A stretch of DNA of 64,000 nt from Octopus vulgaris. Lineage: Eukaryota. Below the pieces are notes generated by a model. That model was not told the origin of the DNA. It ran no database searches and saw only the letters and a list, made by a program, of their open reading frames with translations. The stretch is taken from contig OX597820.1 in the NCBI GenBank assembly GCA_951406725.2, positions 96,410,001-96,474,000 on the forward strand. Reading direction: 5' to 3'. Below are positions 50,860 to 64,000 of the stretch, one piece after another. The position numbers were made by a program, and so were the translations under genes. Each line of letters starts with the position of its first letter. The stretch's first letter is position 1.

Positions 50860-51760
50860 ATATACTATAAGCCCACGGACTCCAAGCAGTATCAACCGTT
50901 CAACTCATGCCACCCCAGACACACCAGAATGAATATCCCCTTCGACCTAGCTAAAAGGATATGTACTATAGTTTCTAATGCAAACACTAGAGACACATGA
51001 CAACATGAACTAAATGATACACTCATCACCAGGAACTACTCGCCTTCACTAATTGACACATGCTTTCAACGTGCCCTTCAACTCAACATCCACGAGTTTA
51101 GACATCCCAAATTAAAGAAGGATTTACAACCAAAAGCCCTACCATACATCTCCACACACAACCCTCTTAACAATGAAGCCTTCGACACCATCCTTCAAAA
51201 CATTCCCCTGCTAAAAAAAAGGACCACAGAATGAACTTAATCCTCCAAACACACACCATCATAAAAAGCAAGCGACAACCTAAATCTATGAAAAGTTTCC
51301 TAACACAAGCCTGAATACGCTCAACAACAACACAGAAGCCGTTAGTAAAAAAATGTGGAATACCCAAATGTGGGATATTCGTCAATTTAATTGGGGGTTC
51401 AGAGTTCTCCTTCAAACAGAGACAACGTTTCACAGTGAAAAGCAGCTTCACATGTACTTCGGAGAACATGATGTATGCACTTACCTGCTCTGGATGTCAA
51501 GAGCAATACATAGGCCAAACAAAAAAACAGTCTACGTAAAAGGATGGCTCTGCACAGATCCCATATCAAAATTCTCCAAAACAAAAAAATAGCATTCAGC
51601 CAACACATCGACATTTGCGCCAATAACAAAAATCCAAGTTTCAGAATTTTTTCCCGCTACCAATTCAGGGACGATACAACCTGTGGCCAACGAATTAGTA
51701 AAGAGACTCTCTTTATTACAAGATACAGACCCTTTTTGAACGCATCTCCAACAAACGGCC
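50860..51760 (+). pseudogene. Neptune-type Penelope-like element remnant (RT thumb, Cys linker, GIY-YIG)
   Basis: YYKPTDSKQYQPFNSCHPRHTRMNIPFDLAKRICTIVS...KCGIPKCGI...FTCTSENMMYALTCSGCQEQYIGQT...RMALHRSHI; ~60-bp direct repeat downstream (51866 and 52096). Confidence 0.9.
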
Positions 51761-52425
51761 ATAGAATAACACAAGCACACTCGCAAATATTAAAAATGAT
51801 ACACTCAAGATATTCCCAAGAATTCATTAAAAAACAGTCCCAATCACTGCTACAATTCATAACGAGTCACTTTTAGGTCACTTGACCATTTAACATCCTA
51901 CTACTATCATACCACCTGCATTCCTTTCTTATTCTCCCTTCTCTTTCTCCTTCTTCTTCGTTTTCTCCCTCTCCGCCACCTCCTCCCTAACTTTACTACT
52001 ATTGCTGTTTAGAATAATACCTACGCAAATTTTATAAACAATACATTCAAAATAGATGTTTCAAGAATTCAATTACTACTACCATCCACAACGGGTCACT
52101 TTCAGGGCACTTGACCATTTAACATCCTTCTACTATCATGGCACTCCCGCATTCTTCTTCTTCTTCTTCTTCTTCTTCTTCTTCTTCTTCTTCTTCTTCT
52201 CCTCCTTCTCCTCCTCCTCTTTCTTCTTCTTCTTCTTCTTCTTCTTCTCCTTCTACTTCTTTCCTGCCAAGAATTCACAACGACCTTGAACCCACAAGAG
52301 TAAACAAGAGAGACAGAGACAAGCAGAAACAAGGAAAATGCCTCTTGTATTTGAATACTATGCAAATATTCTTTTAAAAAACTTTTCTTTTAATTTTTCC
52401 AAAATTTAATTGTTTTCCATAGTTA

Positions 52426-52459
52426 CAGTTGAAAAGTCTCAATCACTGAAACCGGTACT
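52426..52459 (+). ncRNA. Degenerate hammerhead-like motif downstream of the Neptune remnant
   Basis: CAGTTGA-AA-AGT[CTCAATC]ACT-GAAAC-CG-GTA; palindrome ACCGGT; stem I unclear. Confidence 0.4.
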
Positions 52460-52546
52460 AAAATGTCTTTTATAAAATTATTTTAGCATTTTCTACCTTG
52501 AATTTTTCTCCATATATATCAACTCGTGTGTTCCTTTTCAACCTTC

Positions 52547-52594
<48 letters not shown>

Positions 52595-52608
<14 letters not shown>

Positions 52609-52905
52609 AAACTGAAGTTGTGTGTGTGAGAGTCTGTCTACTCCGATTTAGATTCTTAACTACTCCCACATTTTGCGGTGCAGTTTAACCAAAAGCGGGT
52701 ATCTTATAGCCGTGATTCATATCGAGCCCTTCTGGGTATTAGCGCGCGTCTACGATGAGTCTACGATTTTTTTTTTAAATTACCATCATTTTTTCGGATT
52801 TTTAATGCATTTTTTGCTCGGTTTATATAAGGGAAGTAACTCTCTAAAAATGCTTATATAGTTATTTCCCTTACAAACCCGAGCAACACCGGGCGATACT
52901 GCTAG
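52595..52905 (+). mobile_element. Short non-autonomous Helitron
   Basis: Starts t(t)tatatatatataaaactg; ends with GC hairpin CCCGAGCAACACCGGG then CTAG-T. Confidence 0.82.
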
Positions 52906-54524
52906 TATATATATATATATATATCCTTTTTTTGTTCTCAATGAAAGTCTGCGCTCATCTCTTATCTACCAATGATGTCATACATGATTTCTCTCTCTCT
53001 CTCTCTCCATGTTCCTCTCTTTATCTCTATTATTTAGTCGCTTTCCATATTTCCTTTCTTTTATCATGTTGCTTCACTACTGTAGAACTTTACTTTTCTT
53101 CATTCATTCGTCTTACATGCGTGAAAGGAAACAAAATATACGACAAAACAGAGAATTGAACTCGGTTAAAAGGTTTAACAAACTAACAGTCGTACTCCTT
53201 ACCCAGTATAGTTTAAAGGAGCCAGGAAGATGAAATCAGCAATCTAACAATCAAGTTTTTTCTACACTAGATATTCAGCAGGCAATCTGCGAGAAATAAT
53301 TTTAAACATAAAGTATAACCGATTGACGCTGATGATATTATGGTTTGGATCGTTGGTAATGTTTTGTTATTGCTATTTAGGTTGTTGTTGTTGTAGTTGT
53401 CGTCGTTGTGGGTGTTTTATGGAAGAAAGATAAATTAAATATTGAAGCATGATAGCAAGACATGGTAATCTTGAAAGATTTTTTTTTATTTGTTAACTTT
53501 TTACATAAAGCAGTGAAACGTGCGAACATAATGCGGTATGATGCAGAATGCTTAGCGTAGTGTGATATCCATAATACAAAATAGTACAGTATTGTGTATG
53601 GGAAAATGCCAGTTGTTTCATATTTTAAATCAACGCTGATTTATTCTTAATACAACATATTTCAATGCGCAACTATTTCTTTATCGAAAAACATAACCGG
53701 AATATTTACTGTACTTGTCAAATATCTAACTCTCTACCATCTACATGTCACATTCAATTAAAATCGATATTTATCAATTATTGTAATTTTAATTTATTTA
53801 GATATAGGAGCAATCTTCCTTTCTCTACATGGCAAAAATTAATCATTTAGTAAATATATTTTGTTTTGATGCGAGGCCACTACTGAGTTTTGAACCATAG
53901 TTATCATATTGACCCAGATCAGAACCAGGACCGCTTATATTACAATAGAAGGAAAATTTGTATCTAAAAAGCATTAACACCTACTTAATTATGGCTTGAC
54001 CAATCAGCACTAGCTCCCAAGTGTGCGAGTTTTCTTGGCAAAACAGTTCTACCGAAGGTAGTTTACAGCTATAGAGAAAAAAACTGAAAATTCAACCTCA
54101 TAGCAGAACCAGTCAGCTGTCTAGAATAACGTGTCACTCGGCTCAGCGAATTCACTTTTCTTATTTAACGTGCTAATGTCGTATTCGACAAAACGCACCG
54201 ACCTTTAATGACAATGCACTATTTTCATTAGTATCTGGTGTGTTTCATTACTCATGATTCTTAAATGCTATGATGACCGTTCCATGGACATTGTTCCGTT
54301 AAATTAATATATGTTCACATGTAAAAATAAACGATTCAGGTAAATAAGATACTTGAAAACTCTGAAGAATATGATTGTGATTATTTTTGTTTTCAGACGC
54401 AGCCTATCACTGCGAATAATCAATGTAGAATAAGGGCTAACCACCACACTAAGCAGATTTTTTCCTGCTTTTTATTTTATGTTTTATATTTTTTTTATTT
54501 GTTGTTATTATTATCATTATTATT

Positions 54525-54577
<53 letters not shown>

Positions 54578-54759
54578 TATTATCATTATTAAAAAGCAAG
54601 GAGCTGGCAGAACCGTTGGCACGCTCAACATAATGGTTAGCGGCATTTCGTCCGACTTGATGTTGTGTGTTCCAATTCTGACGATGTAGTCGACTTCTCC
54701 TTCCCCTAAAAAACTGCTCCCTTCGTACCAAAATTTGAAACCATTATTATTACTGTTAT

Positions 54760-57700
54760 TCAGTAGTCTTATTTTTATCACGTGCTTTCACTGCACTACC
54801 GAGCGCAGCTCTATTTGCCTTGGGTATGTGTTGTAGTTTGTTGTGATTCTCTTATTTTTACTGTATTGAAAGTGATTTACGTAGGGTGTGTGAGGTACCT
54901 AGTGGTACTATTTTCTGTATGTTATATATACTTGTTAGTTCTGGTGTTTTTGTTATGTATCTATCTGAAATTTTTTTATCAAACCTAATGCGCCTATGAT
55001 AGGAATCGTTTCTGTTTTTAGATTTCACATTCAAGCTACTTGTTTCCAGATCTTTGCATTTTGAAAGTTTCTCCGTTTCTTTTAGAGAAACATTGTCATC
55101 TGTTGGTATTAATACATCGATTAGAAAGCATTTTTTTTTTCTTGGTGATCTCTGACAACTATATCCGGCCTATTGATCTTAATTTTTCTATCTGTGTGTA
55201 TTGGCGTATCCCAGAGTATGGTTCCTTTCTCGTTTTCTGTGACCTTTTTGGCGTGTGTCTATACCATCTTTTTCTATTGTTATTCCATGGTGTTGGCATA
55301 GCTTCCAGTGTATATAGGTCCCAAACTCTGTCGTGTCTGTGAATATATTCCTTCTTAACAGGACTGGGCAGCCAGAGACAATATGATTTATTGTTTCTTC
55401 TCCATCTCCACATATTCTGCAATTACTTGTATTTCTTTTCATTACATGTTTTTGATAATTTCTAGTGTGAAGGCATTGATCTTGTGCTGCAATTAAAAAT
55501 CCTTCAGTTTCTGTTTTGAGTTCTGAGCTTCTCAGCCATTGTTGGGATTTTGTTTGTCTAATTTTTCTGTTTAGTTTAATCCAGTATTTGTCATGAAGAG
55601 GCTTTTCCTGCCATCGTTTTATCGTGGTCCGTTGATGCTCCAGTTTTAGTTTGGATTTCAGTTGTTTTACAGCTTTCATTGTATCATCTTTTTCTTCATA
55701 GTTGTTAGGTACTATGACTTCTTTTTTTTTTTTTTGTATTAGTCAGCTTCCATAAAGACTGAAAACAGTCTTTTTGTGTGTTCGTAATTTGTGGCTATTT
55801 GTATTAGTTTTCTTTGCTTCTGAAGTAGATATTTCTGTAGTCCTATAGTGGTTATTTTGTAATAGCTTTGTAGCTGTATAAGGTTTCTACCACCTTCGAT
55901 ACATTGTGTATATAACCTTTTTATGACAGATTTTTCTTGTTTTCCTGTCTATTTTGATTAGTTCATTTAGAATCCAGTTAAAAATATTGTAGTTGTAACT
56001 TATAACTGGGACGGCTAGTGTGTTGATACCTATTATCTTGTTTTTCGCATTGAGCTCCGTTTTCAGTATTAATCTAACTCGTCTATAGTATTCTTTTCTT
56101 ATCTTCTCTTTCATTTGTGTGTTGTATCGTATCTCGTTCATTGATTCCTAAGTATTTGTACGTCTGGCTTTGGTCTAATAATCTTATTTCATTTGTTTTA
56201 TCAAGTGTGATGTTACTACTCTTAACTAATCTTCCTCTTTTCAATGTTGCTTAGGCATGGCACATATTTCTAAGCAAAATTTCACGTTTATTTCTTTGGT
56301 AAATCCATGTACTGTATGTAGTAATGTTTCTAGCTGTTTATCATTTGTATCGTACAGTTTTTGATCATCCATATATAAGAGGTGGCTGATTGGTTTACCG
56401 TAACAGTTGTATCTACATCCAGTTCTGTTTAGCATGTCAGATAAAGGTGTTAGAGTGCCACGCAGAAACAGAGTTGAGAGAGCGTGTTTCCATGGAATAT
56501 TCCTCTTCTAATGGGGATGGCTTTGGTTTTTATAAGTCCCTCTTTGTCTGGAGCTGTAGCACTGTCTGCCATTTATTCATGGAATGTTTTATATATCTCA
56601 TGATTATTGGTGCTACCTTGTTCGTGGCTAGTGTTTCTAGGATTCATGTGTAGAGAATACTATCAAAAGCCTTTCGGTAATAGATCCAGGCTATAGTTAT
56701 GGCTTTATTGATCAGTAGCTGATCTTTTCAGCCGTATGAGCCCTTGCAGCATCCCTTCTGCTCTTCTGGAAACAGATTGCTTTCTTTCAGATGTTTGCTC
56801 ATTCTCTGCGATATTATTGCAGTGAAGGCTTTATAAATTGTAGGGAGACAAGTCATTGGTCTGTATTTTTGTGGGTTTGCCGTTTCAGTGGATTTGGGGA
56901 TTAGGATAGTTTTCCCTTCTGTGAGCCATTCAGGCATTGTCTCTGGCTTTGCTAGTATTTCATTAAATTTCTCAGCCAGCTTTTTACTGGTTGTTATATT
57001 TTTTTGTGCCACTCCAACTTCCATTTTCCTTTTAAATTTCCGTAACCAGTCTGCTTTTATATTATGCTGGACTTCTTTGTTCCAAATGTTTGCCCAGAAT
57101 TTCCTTGCTGCTGCAGCATCTGGCATATCATTTCACTGAAGTTTCTTTCTTTTTTTTTTCATCGTTCTGTTGTTTATAGAATTTTCTTTCATTGTTCTTA
57201 AAGACCCTGTTCTGCTGGTACTTATGTGTTCTCTGTTGGTATTTGTTTGTTTTGTTTTTTCACCCAATACTCCTTCTTTAACTATTTGCAGTCCTTTTTG
57301 TCTCATGGTCTACTTCCTTTGCAGTTCGTTCTTGAGTCTTACCTTCACTCTCTTCTTTTCTATGATCGCATTTATCCGTTCAAGGTCTCTCTTGAAGCGT
57401 TCAATTTGGTTCTCAAGCCTTCGTTCCCATCATGGAGCTTTGTTCTTTTTTTTCCCTTTGACTTTTAATCCCAAGGGTCTGCACAATGACAGAGGTTGCG
57501 TGGTATATAAGGTTGTTTAGATCTATTATTTTCGATGTAGATTTTTATTAACAGTTCATCTTTTACACTACTTTACATAATTTTTCCTCTTTCGATTCCT
57601 CTTAGAGCTGATAGCCTCTTTCTTTTGCTACTTCGTACCTCATTCAGATGTAGTAGTAAGCTTCTTCTTTTTTTCTCCTTGTAACAGTCTTTACCTTCAT

Positions 57701-58090
57701 TCGGACAGCTGTTTCTGTTGTGGGGAGTTATTACTTCATCTATTAATCCCTGTTCTTGTTGTACTTTTTTTCTTCGTGTTCAACGTAGTCATGTTCATAT
57801 CCTTTCACTATTGTGATCACTTCCACTTCCAACCAGGAAAGCTACTGCCTTTTCACGATTAAATTTCTCTTATCTGAAAGTCTTTGCTCCGTGATAGGGA
57901 GTCTTTTTCTCTCCAAATTTTATGCTTTCTTTAGCATTTCATTACAGTTCTATTGTCGTTTTGAGTCTATTTTCTATTAAGTTTTGTAACAGTATTTGGA
58001 TAACGACCGGGTCCATCCTGCTACACAGTGAAACACTTACCATGCAAGAGACCATCACTCGGGGTTCGGGTCTCATGAACGCAGTTGTGA
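54760..58090 (-). mobile_element. Older, near full-length R4/Dong element
   Basis: MPEWLTEGKTILIPK...KYRPMTCLPTIYKAFT...EQKGC, ISHLLYMDD, AAQDQ, CRIC; 3' UTR matches 46396-46493; many frameshifts; 5' boundary approximate. Confidence 0.9.
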
Positions 58091-58689
58091 TAATTTTTAT
58101 TAGGTATTATGCTCATAAAAAGGACTGTTAACTTTCACTTTCATCATTTTGGAGTTGATAAACTAAGATACCAGTCAATTACTGTACTACAGAGTGTGTT
58201 GACTAACATTCTCCCATCATAATTACAGGCCTTATGTTTAAATCAGAAATCGCTAATACCACTTTCATTTTGGTACTTTCACAAGGAAAAAATGCCAAAA
58301 TGTTGCTGCTGTTGTCATCATTATTATTATTGCACTTTATGCGCAGATCATTTCTGCACGAATAGTCTTAAAGCTCATCAGTAACTGGTTAAATGAAGCG
58401 TTCGGGAGATATATTCGATGGCTAAATCAGATAGAGAGTGTCTACTGAAATTGAAGCTATGAATATTCCGTTTAGTGAAATTGCTAATTTAATGCATGAA
58501 ACTCAAAGCATTGTTCAGTAATAAATTACTATTTTAATTTAAGAAAAGCAATTTCCCATTGTATTTTTCAATCTCTCTCTGTCCTTCTCTCTCTCTCTCC
58601 CTCTTTTTCTCTCTCCCTCTCTTTCTCTCTCCCTCTCTCTCTCTCTCTCTAGATCTCTAGATCTCTAGATATATACATATAAACTGGCA

Positions 58690-58990
58690 TTCCGGCGGAT
58701 ATGACCACAAAGCTTCCAGCTGATACGATGACCGGAGCAGCCTACTCGTAAAATTAACGTGCAAGTGGCTGAGCACTCCACAGACACGGGTACCGTTAAC
58801 ATAATTCACGGAAACATTCAGTGGGACACAGAATGTGACAAAACTGGCTCCTTTGAATTACAAATACTACTCGTTTTTGCCTGCTGAGTTGACGTTAAGA
58901 AAAGTATCTTGCTCAAGGACACAACGTACCGCCGGGAATCGAACACACGTCCTTACAATCTTGAGTAGAAAACCCTGATTACTAAGCCAC
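58690..58990 (-). mobile_element. SINE with family D-like head and family C-like 3' half
   Basis: aattaacgtgcaagtggctgagcactccacagacac is shared with 8356-8390; ttgctcaaggacacaacg...ggaatcgaa is shared with 29921-29962. Confidence 0.75.
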
Positions 58991-59329
58991 ATACATACAT
59001 ACATACATACATACATACATACATACATACATACATACATACATACATACATACATACATACATACGTACGTACATACGTGCGTGCGTACATACATCATT
59101 CAGAACCTTACTGAACCAACGAAGGACCTCTGCATTGTCACTCGATCTGCGAGAAATGGCAGGCAAATCGCAGTCAAACCAGACACCACTTGTCTCATGG
59201 AAAGGATTATATATTGGTTGGTGCGATCCTCGATGTTCTATATCTAAATTGAAGACAGAAAGATTATGGTTAAAATATCTTGATCAGAACTTTTGTGAGA
59301 ATAAGCAACCAATCAGATCAAATTCTGGA

Positions 59330-59652
59330 TTATTATGAGAGCTCCAAATCTCTTGTGGCAGCGTCAAATATATGTACAAATATATGGGAAACTACCACCT
59401 GTATCATCTCTTGTGAAAGGTAGAAGAGTCCAGTTTGCTGGACATTGTTGCAGAGCTGAAAACGAGGTAATTTCTACTCTTCTCCTCTGGAAGCCATATG
59501 CTCGCGATACCAGAGGGCGCACACTCTCCTACACTGATGTAATCTCCAGGAATACAGGCATCCAGCAACAGGACCTCCATTATGCTACGATGGACGTAAC
59601 ATAGTAAATTCCATTGTTTCGACCACGGTCGAACAATGATGATGATGATGAT
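59330..59652 (+). mobile_element. RTE/RTE-X-like LINE 3' end with (GAT)n tail
   Basis: QIYGKLPPVSSLVKGRRVQFAGHCCRAENEVISTLLLWKP...RGRTLSY. Confidence 0.85.
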
Positions 59653-59950
59653 GGATTATTTATTCCTCCATGAAAATGATTGATGAATCCAAAACTGCTT
59701 GTGGTTCAATCAATTCTGAAAATAATAAAGAAGATAGTGAAATAACTGTCTAGTTATTAACCTGTTGTTTTGGACATAAATGAAAATAAAATTCTGATGG
59801 AAAGGTTTTAAGATAACTTTAAACAGTTTATATCACAACGCTTGGGAAGGTCTGAAGCTAGTTGATATCGAAAGGCTAATCTCAAAAGAATTGAATTATC
59901 AAGATTGTGTCATTTTTCTCTCTGAATCAAAACAAATAATATAATAATAT

Positions 59951-60132
59951 AGGCGTAGGAGTGGCTGTGTGGTAAGTAGCTTGCTTACCAACCACATGGT
60001 TCCGGGTTCAGTCCCACTGCGCGGCACCTTGGGCAAGTGTCTTCTACTATAGCCTCGGGTCGACCAAATCCTTGTGAGTGGATTTGGTAGGCGGAAACTG
60101 AAAGAAGTCCGTCGTATATGTGTATGTATATA

Positions 60133-60187
<55 letters not shown>

Positions 60188-60441
60188 TATGTATGTATGT
60201 ATATATGTGTGTATATATGTTTGTGTGTCTGTGTTTGTCCCCCCAACATCGTTTAACAACCGATGCTGGTGTGTTTACGTCCCCCGTAACTTAGCGGTTC
60301 GGCAAAAAAGACCGATAGAATAAGTACTATGCTTACAAAGAATAGGTCCTGGGGGCGATTTGCGCGACTAAAAAAAAAAAAGGCGGTGCTCCAGCATGAC
60401 CACAGTCAAATGACTGAAACAAGTAAAAGAGAGTAAAAGCG
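59951..60441 (+). mobile_element. SINE family A
   Basis: Full-length match to 10289-10736. Confidence 0.9.
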
Positions 60442-62084
60442 AATATAGAATATAATTCAGAAAACGTTTAAAAGTCATTTCAACTAATTTTTCTGAAATA
60501 TTTCTGTTACGTTTTAGATTTTATTTATTTATTTATTCATTTATTTATTCATTTATTTATTTATTTTGTCCCTCCAACATATATCTAAAACGTTATCATT
60601 TATAGTGACAAGACACAGAGCACCAAAAACTACAATTCTACAGATCTTAAAAGGAATTTTATATTGATAGATTATCGGTCGGAGCAAAATGGAAGATGTG
60701 TTGTAATTTTATTTTTTGGCGTGGGAAGGAATCTTTTAGAAAGGAAAAAAAAAAGTCAGATAACGATGAAATGTCAAAACATAATTGCTATATTTCTAAG
60801 AATAAACGTAGAAAGGGAAAATATTGAGACACATCGATACGAAGATATTTATTCGTATTTTTGCATTGCAGTATTTTATTGACCATCAGATAACAACATG
60901 CTTCATGGCTGATACGTATTGAATATTTTCACTTCTCGTAAAATGATTGTGTCTTCTTTTTCTTTCTTTTTGTGGTGAGCAGGTGGGGTGAGGTGGGGCA
61001 ATTCGGCAAAAGGCTTCGGATTTATTTCACACGAAATAAACTGTTTAGATACAAAGTTATCAAACAAGTATAAAAGTTTTCGAGACCGTGTACTACCTAC
61101 TTCAATTATACACATGGAGACTATGGTTACGACTTCAAAATCTGGTTTTAGTAATTTTTAGACTGGCTAAATCAGGCTTCGCCAAACTGCCTAATGTTTA
61201 TCTTTTAATCTTCCAAACGTTTCCTATATTTCGCCGTATGTTTTGAAGTCTCAGAAGCTTTCCTACATTTCACTCTCCGACATTATCGCTACATTTAAGG
61301 CTCGATTTACAATTCACCACAGTCTAACATTCTTCTTTATATTCACTCAATCTTCTTAAAAATCAGCTTACTTCTACAACCTTCCATACTTTTATATGGT
61401 TCTCACCACCACCCATACTTTATTTTATTTATTCCAGGCGTGTCTGTGTGCTAAAAAAAACTTGCTTCCCAACCACATGGTTCTGGGTTCAGTCCCACTG
61501 CGTGGCACCTAGAGCAAGCGCCTTTAAATATCTCCAGGCCGACAAAGCCTTGTAAGCTGAGCTGGTTGGCGGAAACTGAAAGAAGCCTGTCGTTTACACA
61601 CATTCACGCGCGCGCGCACACACATAATTAAGTGTGTGTGTGTCTTTGTGTTTGAGTTAGTTCCCCACCTCATCACCGCTTGACACTCACTGTTGGTATG
61701 TTTACGTCCCCGTGACTTAGCGGTTCGGTAAAAGTGATCGCTTGAATAAGTACCATGCTTTAAAAAAAAAAAGGATTGAGGTCGATTTATTCGTCTAAAA
61801 GTTCTTCAAGGTGGTGCTCCAGCATGGCCGCAGTCTAATGACTGAAACAAGTAAAAGATAAAAGATATTTGCATTTCTTTCAAAAATGGCGCCTTCTCCG
61901 TATACAACACAACAAATGTCTCGGGCGACTTTGGCAGCTTTGAAATCTTGATTAAAATAAAGAGACTTGGCATCCCATCGTCATACGTCTAAAAAGAGGT
62001 ATAATTTATTTGAATTTCGAAGTCAATAAACAAAACAACTTCTTGTAGGAGAATAGCGCTACAAAAAGAAAAAAACACATAATA

Positions 62085-62953
62085 CGAGGTGGTATCAAAA
62101 AGTTCGCAGACTAGTTCTGTAGCGCGTCAACAAATAGCAGCACACGGTTGCCTGTGCAATGAGAGCTAGCAGTGACCTTCAAGACACAGTGCACCGCGCT
62201 ACACTGCTGTGTTTACTTCGCAAGTTGTGAAATTTGTGTTTTTGTGATCAGGTGTTTGCGATTTTTGGTCATAGACAGGAATTTGGAACAAAGAGCCAAT
62301 GTAAAATTTTGCGTTAAACTTGGGAAGACTGCTACTGAGATATTGAGCATGCTTCGGCAAGGTTACAACGACGAGGCAATGGTTTGTTCGGAATGGTTCA
62401 AGTGGCACGAATGCTTCAAAAGGCACGACAGAGCCGCAGCGCAATCAAGATCATGTTCGTCATTTTTTTCGACATCTGCAGTATTGTGCATCTAGAATTC
62501 GTTCCCCAGGACCAGATTGTCAATCGAGAGCTCTACTACGATGTTTTGAAGCGTTTGAGAAAAGACATTCGGCGAAAGCGACCGGATCTGTGAAGCTCGA
62601 AGAATTGGATTTTTCACCGAGCACTCCTCACTCGGGAGCTATTCGCCAAAAACAACATGGTATCATTCCGTACCCGCCTTATTCGCCAGATTTAGCATCT
62701 GCTGACTTCCCTTTCTTCCCCGAGATGAATATCTAGCTCAAAGGTTGCCGTTTTAACATCGTTGCCGAAATCAAGAGCAAATCACAGGTCCTCGACTCAC
62801 TTACGGAAAACGATTTTCAGGCCGGATTCCAAAAGTGGCAGGAACGCTAGGACCGGTGTATTGCTGCGCCAGGAGACTATTTCGAAGGAGATAATGTTGA
62901 AACTTATTTCTTATTAAACATAACTGATCCGAGAACTTTTAGATACCACCTTA
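62085..62953 (+). mobile_element. Internally deleted mariner element
   Basis: TA-CGAGGTGGTATCAAAAAGTTC and GAACTTTTAGATACCACCTTA-TA; EQRANVKFCVKLGKTATE, IFFD, PPYSPDLASADF, GDYFEGD. Confidence 0.92.
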
Positions 62954-63072
62954 TATATTACCATAAAAATATTTTCTACGTTAATTCAAATGACATTGGA
63001 AAGTAAGGAACGAATTTATCTGAGGAACCTATACACAGGTGCATGTGTTTGTGTTTGTGTGTATGGAAGTAC

Positions 63073-63103
<31 letters not shown>

Positions 63104-63507
63104 GAAGTACGTGTGTGTGTGTGTGTAGATATATACAAATGAGTCCTGATTACGACTTCAAACTGCATCCGGTAATGGTGCCATGGTACAGCAGTTCCAG
63201 GGTCTTAAGGTGTGTAAAACCACCTTGTCGCCATTATTACTTCCAGGTCTACTCTGACCTGGATTAGTAGCTCTAATTAGGGTTCCAGTTATGGGTTAAT
63301 TTGCATGTGAACTACTAGGAGTGAAGGACCTCTAAGTCCTCATTAGAACTTTCTTCTGGGAGTAAACTCGTACAAGAACAAAAGAAAAAGAAAATCTGAA
63401 TTGCAGTGTTGATTTCTGGTCAGTTCAACCTCTGTTGTGCCACTAGTTTTACAGCTGACTGCGCTGAAAGGTGAATTCAGTGTCGCGCAACAATTTGGCC
63501 ACTCAAA

Positions 63508-63618
63508 TTTATTTCTTTATTGACTACAGGGGGTTAAACATAGAGGGGAGAAACAGGGACAAAGGGACTGGGTCGATTACATCAATCCCAGTGCGTAACT
63601 GGTACTTATTTAATCGAC
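63508..63618 (-). mobile_element. SINE family B 3' half with LINE-like tail
   Basis: Matches the reverse complement of ~16287-16397. Confidence 0.8.
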
Positions 63619-64000
63619 TCCCTTTCGGCTGAAAAACGCGACACAGTCCTTCTAACGCCTGCTGGACACTGTGTGCAGGTCTCGATTTTGTCTTTGCATA
63701 CTTAGATGATATCCTTATTGCAAGCCCAAACACAGAGCTACATAAGAAGCAACTAGTGACTCTTTTTGATAGGCTGGAACGATATGGTTTAGTAATCAAC
63801 CCCGCCAAGTGCGTTTTTGGTGCGACAGAAATCAGCTTCTTGGGGCATCGAATCACAAGTGCCGGCGCTACACCCTTGCCAGAAAAAGTAAAAGCTATCC
63901 TACCCTTTCCACGCCCCACCACAAGCAATGCTCTACATCAATTTGTGGGTATGGTAAACTTTTACTATCGCTTCATCCCTTCCGCAGAAAAAGTGATGAG
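63618..64000 (+). mobile_element. Ty3/gypsy LTR-retrotransposon RT fragment, running off the window
   Basis: LPFG.KNATQSF*R...DFVFAYLDDILIAS...GLVINPAKCVFGATEISFLGHRI...FVGMVNFYYRFIP. Confidence 0.92.

Noticed and set aside
54339-54396. Apparent short GT-AG intron
   Set aside because: Flanks have no sustained reading frame.
58010-58090. HDV-like ribozyme at the 5' end of the Dong element (GAGACC/GGTCTC)
   Set aside because: The 15-nt spacer is too short for P2/P3/L3; it reads as a simple hairpin.

Overview
AT-rich eukaryotic, repeat-saturated intergenic or intronic DNA; the SINE families, microsatellite load and TE mix look like an Octopus (coleoid cephalopod) genome (inference from recalled repeat families, not verified). 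No intact host protein-coding gene is supported; almost all six-frame ORFs are microsatellite or TE artefacts. Supported contents: remnants of Penelope-like elements (PLE; RT and GIY-YIG pieces), two R4/Dong LINE copies plus 3' fragments in (TAA)n, L1/Tx1-like LINE pieces in (GATA)n and (ATT)n, RTE and CR1 fragments, Tc1 (DD34E) and mariner pseudogenes, a pogo/Tigger-like MITE, two Helitrons, a Ty3/gypsy RT fragment and more than 20 tRNA-derived SINE copies. The main signal not explained by the ORF track is a dense set of about 15 minimal type I hammerhead-ribozyme (HHR) motifs from several unrelated short elements, mostly embedded in (TA)n. They share a palindromic stem III, show covariation at the catalytic-core 3:8 pair (C-G, U-A and G-C all occur), and three of them sit at or near the symmetry axis of long fold-back palindromes. 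Minimal HHRs in PLEs and retrozymes are known; the density, the G3:C8 variant and the ribozyme-centred palindromes deserve checking. All folds were derived by eye and none is shown to be active.
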